Shown here piece after piece: positions 14,110 to 25,809 of a stretch of DNA of 64,000 nucleotides. Location: positions 33,437,967 through 33,501,966 of the forward strand of contig CM120640.1 of the NCBI GenBank assembly GCA_051362555.1. Reading direction: 5' to 3'. Every line of letters starts with the position of its first letter. Position 1 is the stretch's first letter. Source of the stretch: Lingula anatina. Lineage: Eukaryota > Animalia > Brachiopoda. The position numbers and the translations under genes are program-made. The notes below the pieces were generated by a model. The model was given only the letters and a program-made list of their open reading frames with translations, was not told where the DNA came from and did no database searches.

Positions 14110-15004
14110 GTGTATTGAGCTTAAAATGTTACGATGTTACACCACTCTGCACTACAAAATACAACAATATTACAAACGATATACGTAATATAACGATAAT
14201 TCAAATGTTATTAATTTCAAATGATAAGCAATATAAAAATTTTGTCAACAGTGTTTGAAACGCCATTTCTTTAGGTGCACCGCCAGTGTTGAAAGCTAAT
14301 TCCGTGGATGTTGTGATCGAAGTGTGCGGATCGTCTGAAGTGGTCCCCGAGGGAATCCGACTGCTCCGGCCCGGTGGCACTTACGTATTTGTGGGGATGG
14401 TGCACCCTATGTCAAAACTCAGTGATGTCACAGGATGGGATATTATAGGAAAGTGTTTAAGTATTAAAGGTAAGCACCGGCAGATTCAGGATATCTCTGA
14501 AATATCAGAATGCCGGAGAATGTTTGTGGTGAATCGATCGCAAAATTATATTTTATGGTGGGTAAATGTGAGTGTACGTGTCAGTCACCCCACTAATGAT
14601 ATGATTGATTTGATGGTAAACGGTTGCAGCTCAAGGTTTCAATTTCATTTAGGATAAGTACGGACAAACCTTTAACTAAGAATTCTAGAGCTACAATGCA
14701 ACGATGGTAAAATGATGAAATTGTTTTATAATTTATAAAATGCTTATTTAGAAGGAAAAGAGGACGCTTATATTAAATACAGAGATATTTTACTGTAGGT
14801 GTTCACAACTACGGTCCAAAGCACTTGGATGAGGCGGTTGAATTCGTGGCCAAAACTGCCGGTAAATACCCCTACGAGATTCTGGTTAGTCCCGACGTAT
14901 ACAGCCTGGAAAACTTCCTGGCAGCGGTAGAGATGTCCAAACAACGAAAATACGCTAGGGTGGCAGTGAGCGCACAACAGCAACCTCGCTCAAGCCAGCT
15001 GTGA
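11140..15004 (+). CDS. Zinc-dependent MDR alcohol dehydrogenase, copy 2 (tandem paralog with two alternative first exons)
   Basis: Exon 1a 11140-11315 or exon 1b 11520-11695, then 12632-12797, 13075-13281 (GC donor), 13855-13993, 14275-14469 and 14799-15004. Intron positions and phases match copy 1, and all Zn and NAD motifs are intact. The protein ends RVAVSAQQQPRSSQL*. Confidence 0.9.
14065..14109. repeat. (AAT)n microsatellite, intronic
   Basis: Directly visible. Confidence 0.95.
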
Positions 15005-15649
15005 TTTTATGAAAAGCCCCAAAGACTGGATACTTCTTCTGTGATTCAAATGCTAGTCATTTATTCGAGACATTTACTGTGGTAACTGAAAAGATATTGA
15101 CCTAGTAATTTCGTATTATTGATTAAGACGAAAAGGGAATAACAAAAAGGCAACAATTATCGATTAAAGATGTAGCATATAAGGATATGATTCTCCAGAC
15201 TTATCATACAGGCAAAAATTCTAATCTAAATGGTAATGAAAATAAAGCAATATTTTGTGCTCTTTGTCGGCTTTTCACGTGGACCTTCTCATACTACTCG
15301 TGGTTCCAAGTCAAAACTAAGTATGTTAACCTTATTTAGAATATAATCAATTCAAAGTAATGTTTAATGGTGCAAGATTTGCTTTAGTATTAAACGAATA
15401 TAACAAAGCAATCGTCTCCTCTGTAAAAAAATAATTAAAGTGAAATAAAAATAAAAAATAATGCAAATTTATTGACAATACTTCAAAAATAAAATAAAAA
15501 TAAAAGGGCGACAGGTTCCAGAAGAGGGCACAAGAAACTCGCATCCCTCCTATCGGCATTGAGAGGTGTGTTTCCAGCATCCACAGAATGTCAGGGTGCA
15601 TATTACACCCTTACTGCAGAAGAGTTCGTAAATTATAGGCTGTTACGAA

Positions 15650-15938
15650 GGGGAATCCCCTTTGTAAGGTCACGTTCAACCAATCAAATTTAACAAAACA
15701 AAATGCCCCACCGATAACCTTGGAATTTCCACTGCTGTATAAATGACAACAACGTCATCTGTGGTGAGGGAGTAGTTCATCAAATGGTAGGTATTCAAGC
15801 GTAAATAATGAAGCAGAACCAACGTAACATGGTGTCAAAATTAATGTGCTTGTTCCTAATAACTGTGATGTGAATGATCATTTCATGTGATATGGAAAAA
15901 GACTGCGGATGTCAGAGTGGCAGGCTAGTTTCACTTCC
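15650..15938 (+). promoter_or_regulatory. Putative immune-responsive promoter motifs (NF-kB, CCAAT, IRF/ETS-IRF) upstream of the RBM43-like gene
   Basis: GGGGAATCCCC at 15650-15660, CCAAT near 15680, GGAATTTCC at 15722-15730 and AGTTTCACTTCC at 15927-15938, all within 350 bp of the ATG at 15997. Motif matches only. Confidence 0.5.
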
Positions 15939-15996
15939 GCGCAGTTGATCCGATAAACATATAATTCTAGAAACATATTTTTTCAGTTTAGGCATA

Positions 15997-18046
15997 ATGG
16001 CGGAATTAAATACATCAAGCCGTGGTCAGTCCAGCGGCAGATCGGTCCTTGTCCTTGGTATCCCTCCATCTGTGACAAAGGTGAGGCTTACCATACATTT
16101 CCAGAAGAGGGTCTTCGGAGGCGGTGACGTGGAGACCGTCGTGTTCCCATTTGATAAGACGATACCCGATGGTGCTATTGTGACTTTCCAAAAAGAACAA
16201 GGTACGAAAAAATATATATATATACATATTCCGGATATCTCTCACTTTGGCCTGCTAATTTGAAAGGTTGCTTGATTATCCAGTTTAATAATGAGACGAG
16301 CAGGTGATATCGTTTACCATCAAGACCAGGGAGCCGTGACGTCTGAAATCAGCTATTTTATAACTCGTAGAAAATAAGCAGCTTTTTTGTTTTCGAACAT
16401 CCCGATGTCATGCTTTGTACTTTTGCTATGAACTTTAATTTTCTCATGTCTTTCAGTTTTAGAAACCGTCTTCAAATATCCCCATCGTTTGTTAGATGCA
16501 GAATTGACTGTGGTACCTTTACCTCAGGTGAGATACTAAAGTTCATCTTGGACTATCTACATAAGCACATTGTCTTAAAGGGAGACTAATCTTAACCTCA
16601 AATGTGGCAAATGTAATGTATTGTTAGATAAGTGCAAAGGGCCAAGTTTTGCCTGTTAACATTAAGCAGCCTTTTTTTTTTTTTTTTTTTTTGGCTTACT
16701 TTTGATTTAAATTCTGTCGTGTCACAGTTTGAAAAAAAAAAAAACGGGATTTCAAGATCACCCACAAAGATATAAAGGTATCGTTATGGCGAAAGCTAGC
16801 GCTGGATTTCGGTCAGACCAAACGCAATTCAGAAATTGATCTTGAACGTAAAAAGATTTTCATCGTTGGTTTTAATTTTTTTTCGTGGATTTATTATTAA
16901 AAAACAAAAACATGGAATCACTTTCAAGCAGAGGCTTTAAAAAGTTTTTCATCGTCGTGTTTTCATGTCACTTTCCAGATTTTCTCAACCGTCGAAGCGA
17001 CTGTCGGCCTGAGTGTAACGCAACTGTTTTCAACGGTGGGAGAGCTGAAATCGTATTTCAGAAACCTTTCAGATGAGTTTAACGTACAAACCAAATACAC
17101 CACTGAAGTCGACCAGAAAGTCATCCTTGAAGGCACCGTGTACAATATACAAAAGGCCCATCGTTCCCTCTTTCTTGAGTACGCGAAGCGTTCACAAAAT
17201 GTAAAACCAGAGAACGCCAATACGGGGGCAAGCACTTCGGATCATGGGGCTGTACTGTCCAGAAACATTAACGGTACCAAAACTGGGCAAAAACCAACTT
17301 GTTCTGATTCAGAACTGTTTTCGATGAACATAAGGGACCTAGAAATCACTTCCTCTAAGGAGCCAGCGTTGGGCCTTGAGGCGAGTCAGCAACCAGAGAT
17401 ATCACGTGATCAGTACGCAGGGAAGAATGTAACACGTTCGGTTCCTGAAGAGGACACCAGTATTGTCAGTATTGTCCAACCACCACGACATAGCCGACGG
17501 TTTGTCAAAACAGAAAACACTGGTGAGCGTTCACACACCCCAGCGGCTCATGGTGTTTTGTCAAATTGGTCAGCTGGGGAGAGGACACAAATTATGCTTA
17601 ACATGCCTGAACACCGATATGGAGCCAACGAAAGTCAACCTAACATTGCTAATCAGAGTGACCCCAGCAAAATGACACTTTCGTGCTCAGGACAGTCATC
17701 TGAAGCGTCAGCAGTTGAACATTGCGAGACCAAAGAATTGCAGAACGAAAAATGTGATTTCGCCCTAGATAAAGCGGTGCACAATCCCAGCAACATAGAA
17801 GAAGACGAGGTAAACCATTCCGTTTCATTTGACGCCGAGGCGACACGACTAAATTCAAACATCATGGGAGAAGTACCTTCACTTCGAGACCTTCTCCAGA
17901 CTTTAAAAGAACATAGCAGTTCTGCAAACTCGGCAATTGTGGAAGAAAAATGGCGCACGGATGAATCAAGCTCCGATTCCATATTACAGGATTTGCTTAG
18001 ATTGGATGGACAGCCTAACCCAAATCAGAATGCAAAGGGGGACTAA
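15997..18046 (+). CDS. RBM43: RBM43-like protein (PARP10/14- and NMI-type RRM plus a second conserved block) with a long low-complexity C-terminus
   Basis: Exons 15997-16201, 16457-16527 and 16979-18046 join in frame. RSVLVLGIP..LTIHFQKRVFGGGDVETVVFP..AIVTF, IFSTVEATV and VILEGTV resemble the RBM43 N-terminus as recalled. Orthology is unverified. Confidence 0.7.
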
Positions 18047-19122
18047 GATGGCGCTTTGTCACCCGCTTAACTAGTTCCGTTATGTCTTATGGATGAGAAG
18101 GGTGTTATTTAAATCAAAGTAAAACGAATTTTAATATTATGTGACTAATATTAGACTTGTATGTAACATTAAATTTCATTACTTGCATTGCTACTTTTGA
18201 ATTCTGACCAGTAGCTACAGGAGTTTGATGTGAAAGGGGTCGGTTTGGAAAAGGGGGGCTTTTCATTAATATTAAGCCAAAGAGGCTGAAGTGTCTAAAA
18301 TTCACTGCGATCAGTTTTGCTTTGAGGGTAGAGAGAGATCAAACTTTATCCTATCAAAATGAAGCATTTGATTGATAATAATGTACGACTGCATCAAAAA
18401 CACATGAAATTGATAACTGTAAAGATACATCATCGGTAAATAAGGTCCTGCACGAAGGCTTATGACTGAGGGAAGTGATTATAATTTTATATGTATTACA
18501 TAAAATGCCTCAATTTAAGCTGGCGGTATTATTACTATAACTGGAGAGCCAGGATGCAGAGCATGTTTTGTGATTAGATTGCTGCAAAGAAAGGATAGTA
18601 TTCAAGGACATCTGCATGTAATTCTTTACTATTCCATTTTTGTAATTAAGTAGGTAATAAGTTTAATTAAAAAATCAACAGTGGCTCCACGAAATGTGTC
18701 TTTAATAAAACTGAATTTCTTATGCGTCTACGTATTTTAAGCCGTGTACAACAAAATGAACAATATATTTTCGTTTTCTGCTGGACTCTTTAAAAGCAAA
18801 ATTTATTACAAAAACATTGAATCAAAAATATTGTAACACCAGAACCCCAGATTTTTTTAAATGGGTGACGATGTTAATCATAATAGACTAATATTCAATC
18901 TCACTGAAATGAAGATTTTTCTTTAAACTTACGGAAGCTCTACTTCAACAATGACATGAGCAACAATGAATCTCATTTATGAGTTTGAGGGAGGCCTTCT
19001 CTTTAAACAATTCAACTAAAATATCACGTAGAAGTTAAACACTTTAAGCACGAGTTCTAAGAATATACCACTTGTAATTTTCAAACTAACGACTCGTAAT
19101 ATAAATACTGAACATAAAAAAC

Positions 19123-19223
19123 TACGTCACACAGTCAGCCCCCAATTTTGAAAGGAGTAAGCGACGTTATGTGACGTCACCGCTGAGCTTGACGATAACT
19201 ACGACATAATACCTATTACGTCA
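19123..19223 (+). promoter_or_regulatory. Cluster of CRE/ATF sites upstream of the SAXO1-like gene
   Basis: Perfect palindrome GTGACGTCAC at 19171-19180, plus TACGTCA at 19123 and TTACGTCA at 19216, all 90-190 bp before the ATG. Confidence 0.55.
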
Positions 19224-19312
19224 TTATCTTGTTGCGCGGTTGAAACGAAAGCTTGCACAGAAGAGCGATCCTGTTTCTCATAACTTGATCGTCATCTTCA
19301 CCGTTAAAAAAG

Positions 19313-22300
19313 ATGGCAGCGAAAGGAAAGTGCATATGTCAAATATGCACATGTGGGTGAGTATATCTACGTTAATTTTATCCGGTATGAATCCAAGTGT
19401 TTTCTTTTTAACACTTTTCATAAACTCTACAAACATTTTCAGTCGCCATCGCTGCCCACACAACCGAGAGAATCGCAGTCAGCAAGTTGTTAAAGCGGCA
19501 TGTATGTTGACAGAATATCAGCTGGTAAGCCGTCTTTTGACTTTGTTCAAATTGTCTGATACATATTTCATTTCACTTAGTATGTTTTCTAATATTTTCC
19601 AATCTTGTGATTATTCCAGTTTCCGCTGATTCTGAGAGTTACCGCATATTCTCTTTTTTTGAAGACAAGGAATTATTATATATTTAAAAAAATTAAGCTT
19701 AATTGACATTTTTGTGTTTTCTCAAGGCTTTTAAGCAACATGACTATCAGCCCCCTCGTGAAAGCCTTAGACCAAAAATTAGAATGTATGATTCCAAACG
19801 AAGTCCCAGAGAAATGGCCACCACATATACTGAGACTTATGTTCCTCATGAAGTAAGTGAATACATTTCTTTAATACATTTATAGCTTCTTATAGCGGCT
19901 GTGCTTTCATTTTAGTTTATAGGAGCTTGATTCAAATATGCAGCGTAAGAAATTGTATGGAAGTCAATTGTTTCATCAAATCTTTGATATGGCATGAAAG
20001 AAATCGTTAACACTTCTGGACACCGTATCACTTTTCTATCCAATCAGGTCAATCGACGCTACGTTGCCCCAAAGAAGGAGTATGTTCCAGCTCAAGGGGA
20101 AGTCAACCTACACACAACATACGAGAAAGAATTTACCCCTAAGGTTTGTTTCATAGACCCCATTCCCAGAGATTAGATCGATCTAACTAGATCGACCTAA
20201 CTCCCTGGGGTTCACGCTAAATAGCTGTCAGCCGAGCGGGCACGAAAGTTAATTACCCTCTTACAGCTTGTAGTAGGCGGGACGGACATTTAAGCCGGAT
20301 TATCTGACAGTAATCTAGTGAGACTCCCCATGGGGATAGATCGATCTAAAATCTATGGGAATGCGCCCATAGTCTCGTGAAACGTATGATTTAAGCAGTG
20401 CCCTTACCTTCATAGTCCAGGTACAACTACGAACAGAGTTAATGTACATAGTGGGCCACATTTATGAGAAAAAAAACACCTTCAAATTATTAGGACAAAT
20501 GAATTTCAATATTTGAACCATCAATGAGAAGTTTATTCGGTGGGTATTAAGTTGGCACTATCACATATTTAACATCGTTAAACATATTATAAATTTTACT
20601 GAATAGCAAGGGAAGCGAGCTCTCCCCTACAAACCCAAGAACGAGCGTGAACTTGAGCCGCCACCTTTCAACAGCAAGACGGTCTATCAGACTGCATACC
20701 TTGAGATTGACAAGGAGGAGGCCCAGAAATCTCGTTCCAAACCCATGAAACACAATGAATGCATCGTGAAAAGTGATGAAAAGTTCTTCGCGGTCTCAAC
20801 TGTACAGGTTTGTCAAATCGTTGTTTAAAATCAAATCATATTTATTGTTTGGGAACTTGGGTGGGGACGATGAAGATACATGTAAGTTAGAATATAAACG
20901 GAGAGAAGTCCATTGCAGAATGCGCATCGTCTATACTTGAAATTCATTTTCCGTTTAGTATTGTAATAAATAAAACAAAGTGAACAAAAAATTAATAAGA
21001 TTGTTCTTTTCGCTGCTGTTCCAACGGTTCATTTCGCTCTTCTAACATACTTTGTGAATAAAATCAGGATGATTACAAGCAGCACGAGGCTGTTGAGCGA
21101 AGACAACCTATTAAACCCGCTGAACGTGAGCCGGAGGCCCGTGACGACAAGTTCGTTGATGTTACCACATACAAGGCGGAATTCATCAGGAAATCTCCAG
21201 ACCCAGTAGTCGGTAATGGTGATTTTTTTATATCAGATTAAGTTAACTCTTCAGATTGAGAATCGATTTTAAAAAGCTTTTTTTTAATTTGTTTTTAAAA
21301 CATCGCTGTATTGTGCGCGTATCTATTTAAATGTATATTAGATTTCGTGTATACAGATGAACTCATGCATGAGGTACCTTGATAATCTGAGGACTGGACT
21401 TCATCGGTCCGTTTCAGTAAATTTAATGCTATCAGTTTTTTTGTTGAAAAATCAAGAATATAAAGTTGTTTCTTTATCTTTACTTCTACATGTACTTCAA
21501 AATTCACGAGTAGTTTACCAACTCATTTCTTTTAAAAAATTACTTAGCTAAGCGTCCCAAAGACCACAAGATAGCTGAAGATGGCAGGTACAACACCATT
21601 TCCACTGTGATGGCCGACTACCAAGCTCACAAGACGTACAAGCGGGAAGCCTCATTCAAACCACCCCAGGAGTACGTGGTGTCCACTGCGCTGTTCGACA
21701 GCCGTACCACGAAGTCCATGGCGTACAAACAATGGCCAATACAGCCAAAAGAGATCAAGCCTTGGATGAAGAAACCACAGTACGAGCCCAGTTCACTCGT
21801 GTTTACCAAGACCAGCTCCTACCAGGTAAATTGAGGATTTTATCCGAAGTTGTACATGAAAACGATGAAAAAACAGGGAAATTGTTGTTTAAACTCCCTG
21901 AAATAAATTTTACTTTCAAAGCCTGGTGTGTAGACTAATCAATCCGAAATACCCGAGACCTGGATGATTTTCGGTTTTTGACGTAGAAATATCAAAAGAA
22001 CTCGTCAATCTCAATTTTGACAAATCAATCAACCGATATTAAATACGAATGAATATATTGTATAGAATAGGTTCAACACACTGTACAGATTTTTATGTTG
22101 TAAATTAATTTCAGGACGATTTTACCGTCCCAGAAACGCTGGAGCGAGTGAAACCAATCCGTCCAGTTCAGAACGACCTGCACTATTTGGGAAGCGGAGA
22201 CAACAGGGCTCCGTTTTCTTGCAAAACTCACTACCGAGAAGAGTTTTTGGAATGGGAAAAAGTCCTGAGACCAGCGTCATATAAAGTCGTCAACAAATAT

Positions 22301-22958
22301 CAGCCACCTGAGGAAAAGTGGCACGCGGAGTCCATCATGAAAAGCCACTACCAAGGTAGGGATCACAATTGCCAAAGGAAAAAAAAATTAAATAGAAATC
22401 TTATAAAAGCAATTTTTAAATATCATTCTATTTAGTGTACATTTCTTACCAACCAAAAACCTTTTTTCAGGCATTTACACCCCGCCAGCGCAAATCTGCG
22501 AACCTCCAAAGAACAATTGGGCCGACATCTCTCCACGCGCCCGCATGTTATCTACCTCCATCTACGGCGAGACTTTCAAAGGAGAAAGACCCAAAAGCTG
22601 CCCAGCAAAACTTCTTGCCAAAGAAATGGATAGTGCATACACATATCTTCGCGAAAAGAGAGGACACAGGTTCTTTGCAAAGAACCCATCCAAGAGTTCT
22701 GTGGAGTCTTCCAAATCTAATAAAGATATGGCACCTAGCGCCGCCGGATCAGAGGCCGAGGCCGTCAAAACGCCCAAGGAAAACGAGAAACCCCAGACTC
22801 CACGCGTAGAAACCCCACGATCCCCTTCTCATGCAACCCAGACGCTTCAGGTGGAGACCCCAAGACGCCCTACCTCAACTGATAGTGCCCAGAAATCTGA
22901 AGAAAAAGTCACCAATCCACCAAGCTCTCCAAAGGCGTCTGCAGAACCCGAAAAATAA
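19313..22958 (+). CDS. SAXO1: Stabilizer of axonemal microtubules (SAXO1/2, FAM154)-like microtubule inner protein
   Basis: The N-terminus MAAKGKCICQICTCG|RHRCPH is the FAM154 hallmark. Repeated Mn-like motifs follow (TTYTETY, TTYEKEF, TVYQTAY, STVQDDY, SSYQDDF, THYREEF, TSIYGETF). Approximate exons: 19313-19356, 19443-19524, 19727-19852, 20048-20143, 20606-20806, 21068-21211, 21549-21825, 22115-22354 and 22471-22958. Confidence 0.88.
20156..20368. mobile_element. MITE, about 213 bp, PIF/Harbinger-like
   Basis: Imperfect terminal inverted repeats GACCCCATTCCCAGAGATTAGATCGATCTA / TAGATCGATCTAAAATCTATGGGAATGCGCCC, flanked by a 3-bp ATA duplication (20153-55 and 20369-71). Confidence 0.75.
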
Positions 22959-23402
22959 GCTTTGGCCAAAACATACCTGTTTTCAAGATAAAGCATAGAG
23001 AATATTAACAATATAATATAAAACAATATACAACAATACATGAACAATATCCAAGACTTTTAACAAAACACTGGCCAAAATTAACCTATGATACTCGTAC
23101 AACTATACAAATAGTTACACTCGCTACCAAAGTTTCTCTTCCGATTAACTCATTCTTGTCATAGTTAAATAGCATAGAATACTTCTTTCAACTTACAAAC
23201 TATATTCATTCACAACTAAAAATAAAATATATCTTGTTCCACAGCGTTCTCTTGCTTCCCCTACTCAAAATTTCGCCTTGAGAGAATAAGGGTGTTATTG
23301 AATTGGTATTGACGGGATAGGCGACTTTTCTTTCCTCTTGAACTTACGAATACTTAGTACTAGATCCACCCCCTTTTCCCAAGAAAAGGAACTGACAACT
23401 CA

Positions 23403-25099
23403 AACAAGGCAGCAAAGCTGTCAAATGTACAGACAAAGGACAGAAAATAAAGATGCAAATAAGTAAAAAATTAAATTTTCACAAAAAACTGTTAAATTGC
23501 CAGAAAAATTTACCAAACAGACTGCGTTGCCTATTGAAGCTGTATGTTAGACCCATGTTTCTTTCCTGTAAGTTTGAGAACAGTAAGTGACATGATTTCC
23601 CTTAAATGGTCATCATAGGAGCAGTGCCCAAAATAGGGGTCTCTTCAAATTTTGATGCAACATTACATAATGTTTAACAGCATAATGACAATCAAATGTT
23701 ATTAATAAAATATTAGTAACATGGACATTCAGAAAATGTGACAAGCAAAAGTCTTCAAGATCATGGAACTTTAAAGTCACACCTTGAAAATGCCAATATG
23801 TGAAAAATTAAATTTTCACAAAAAACTGTTTAACTGCCAAAATAAATAAATTAATAAATAAAAATACCAAACAGACTGCATTGCCTACTGATGCTGTATT
23901 TTAGTCCCATGTTTCTTTCCTGTAAGTTTGAGAACAGTAAGTGACATGATTTTCCTTAAATGGTCATCATGGAAGCAGTGCCCAAAATAGGGGTTTCTTC
24001 AAATTTTGATGCAATATTACATAATGTTTAACAGCTTAATGACCATCAATTTTTAATTATAAAATATTTGTTTCACAGATATTCAGAAAATGTGACTAGC
24101 AAAGGTCTTCAGGCCCATGGAACTTCAAAGTCACGCCTTGAAAATGCCAAAATGTAAACAAGACAGCACTGTTCTGAAATGGGTTTATTTCCATTTTTAA
24201 CACTTTTTTAACATAAAACAAAATAAACATTTTACTGCCATTTTATATGACCAACTAAGAAAATTGATGAGATGGGAAAAGTATCAATAGAACAGTGTTA
24301 AATGTCCAATTTCCTCCATTCTGAGATTCTGAACATGGATGATTGAATCTGACAAACTGCAATGATATGAGTTTATTTCCATTTTTGACACTTTATTACA
24401 CAATACATGATAACAAGTTTACCATGTTTTTTACATAATCAACTAACAATGTTGTAAAGATGCAGGAAATATCAAACAAACACTTTTAGGCATCTTATTA
24501 GTTAAATAATGAGACTGTTAACATGCCGAATAATTGAATCTGAGGAAATGTGAAAAACAGTATAACTTCTAAAATAATGGCCTGATTATGCTGATTTTCG
24601 AACTCAACCTGCGTTTTAGTAAGATTGACCACTCCTGTGAGTATGATTACAATTGGCCAATCCGTTTTTCTTATATTGTGTTATCAATGTTGTATTTATA
24701 TTGAAAATAGTGAAAAAACAGCATAAATTCCCTAAAAATGGCCCAATCATGCTGATTTTCGAACTTGACCTGCGTATTATGAATATTCATCAGTTCTGTA
24801 AGATTCAAGTCAAAAGGTAAAATGGTTTTCCACTTATCGTGTTATCGGCGCTGCATATATGCTGAAAAAAGTGAAAAAACAGCATAAATTCCCTAAAAGT
24901 GACCCGATCATGCTGATTTTCGAACTTGACCTGCGTATTATGAATATTCATCAGTTCTGCAAGTTTCAAGTCAAAAGGTAAAATGGTTTTCCACTTATCG
25001 TGTTATCGGTAAAAGTGCACGGCGACGACGGCGACGACGGCGACGACAGACGCAGATGATGGCTATATGTACAGACACATCTGTGTCTGTACATAAAAA
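23403..25099 (-). mobile_element. Non-autonomous Helentron (HINE/DINE-1-like) element A
   Basis: One end has a perfect hairpin TATGTACAGACAC-ATCT-GTGTCTGTACATA (25066-25095) followed by an A-run. Next to it are a (GGCGACGAC)n microsatellite and tandem units of about 160 bp and 340 bp. The other end has the subterminal repeat ATGTACAGACA (about 23425) and a short stem-loop GGCAGC-AAA-GCTGTC. No transposase. Confidence 0.8.
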
Positions 25100-25809
25100 G
25101 GACTGCCCTTTGTTGACACTGCTGAAATTTGTCGCAGAGAGACGAGTCTTCATGATTAATTTTCTTCGTTTCTACTGGATAAAAAAGACAAAGGACAGTA
25201 AGCTTTGGCATTTTATTTGCATCTCCGCACAGTTACAAAGATAGTAAGTTTCAACAACTGATTGTGTTCAATACAAGGTAAAAATATCGATTTCATGGTT
25301 AAACTCCAGTTTTTGAAAGGCAACTTTCATATTTCCTTCAATTTTTAAAAAATTGAATTTCAAATTCACATCTTGTAAGAAGAGACTCAACAACTGAAGG
25401 AAGAAGTTTTGGTATAAACAAACCTCCACTCAATCCATAAATACCACTGTTACATGGCACCCGTTTTTGGCATTTTTTTTTACATACACCAGTTTTGTAA
25501 CTGGTAACCAGAAATGTGAATAACTTCTTAATATCAAACGTACCAATAAATACACCCATTATTCTATACATAAATTACATATTTATAATCCCAAAGGCCT
25601 GCAAGTTTTCAATATTAAACCGGTATTACATTTTTCTACCAACTTTCTTAACAGAAAAAAATGATAAAGAATCTTTGCACATACTTTGCCATCATTAAAA
25701 AAATTCAACAACTTAAATCAACAAGTTTTAAACTTAAGCCCCCGTTATTCTGAGCCTGACACTCCTTAGGGAGCAAATTTCATTTTCATAGCGACCGCAA
25801 GCCAGGTGT

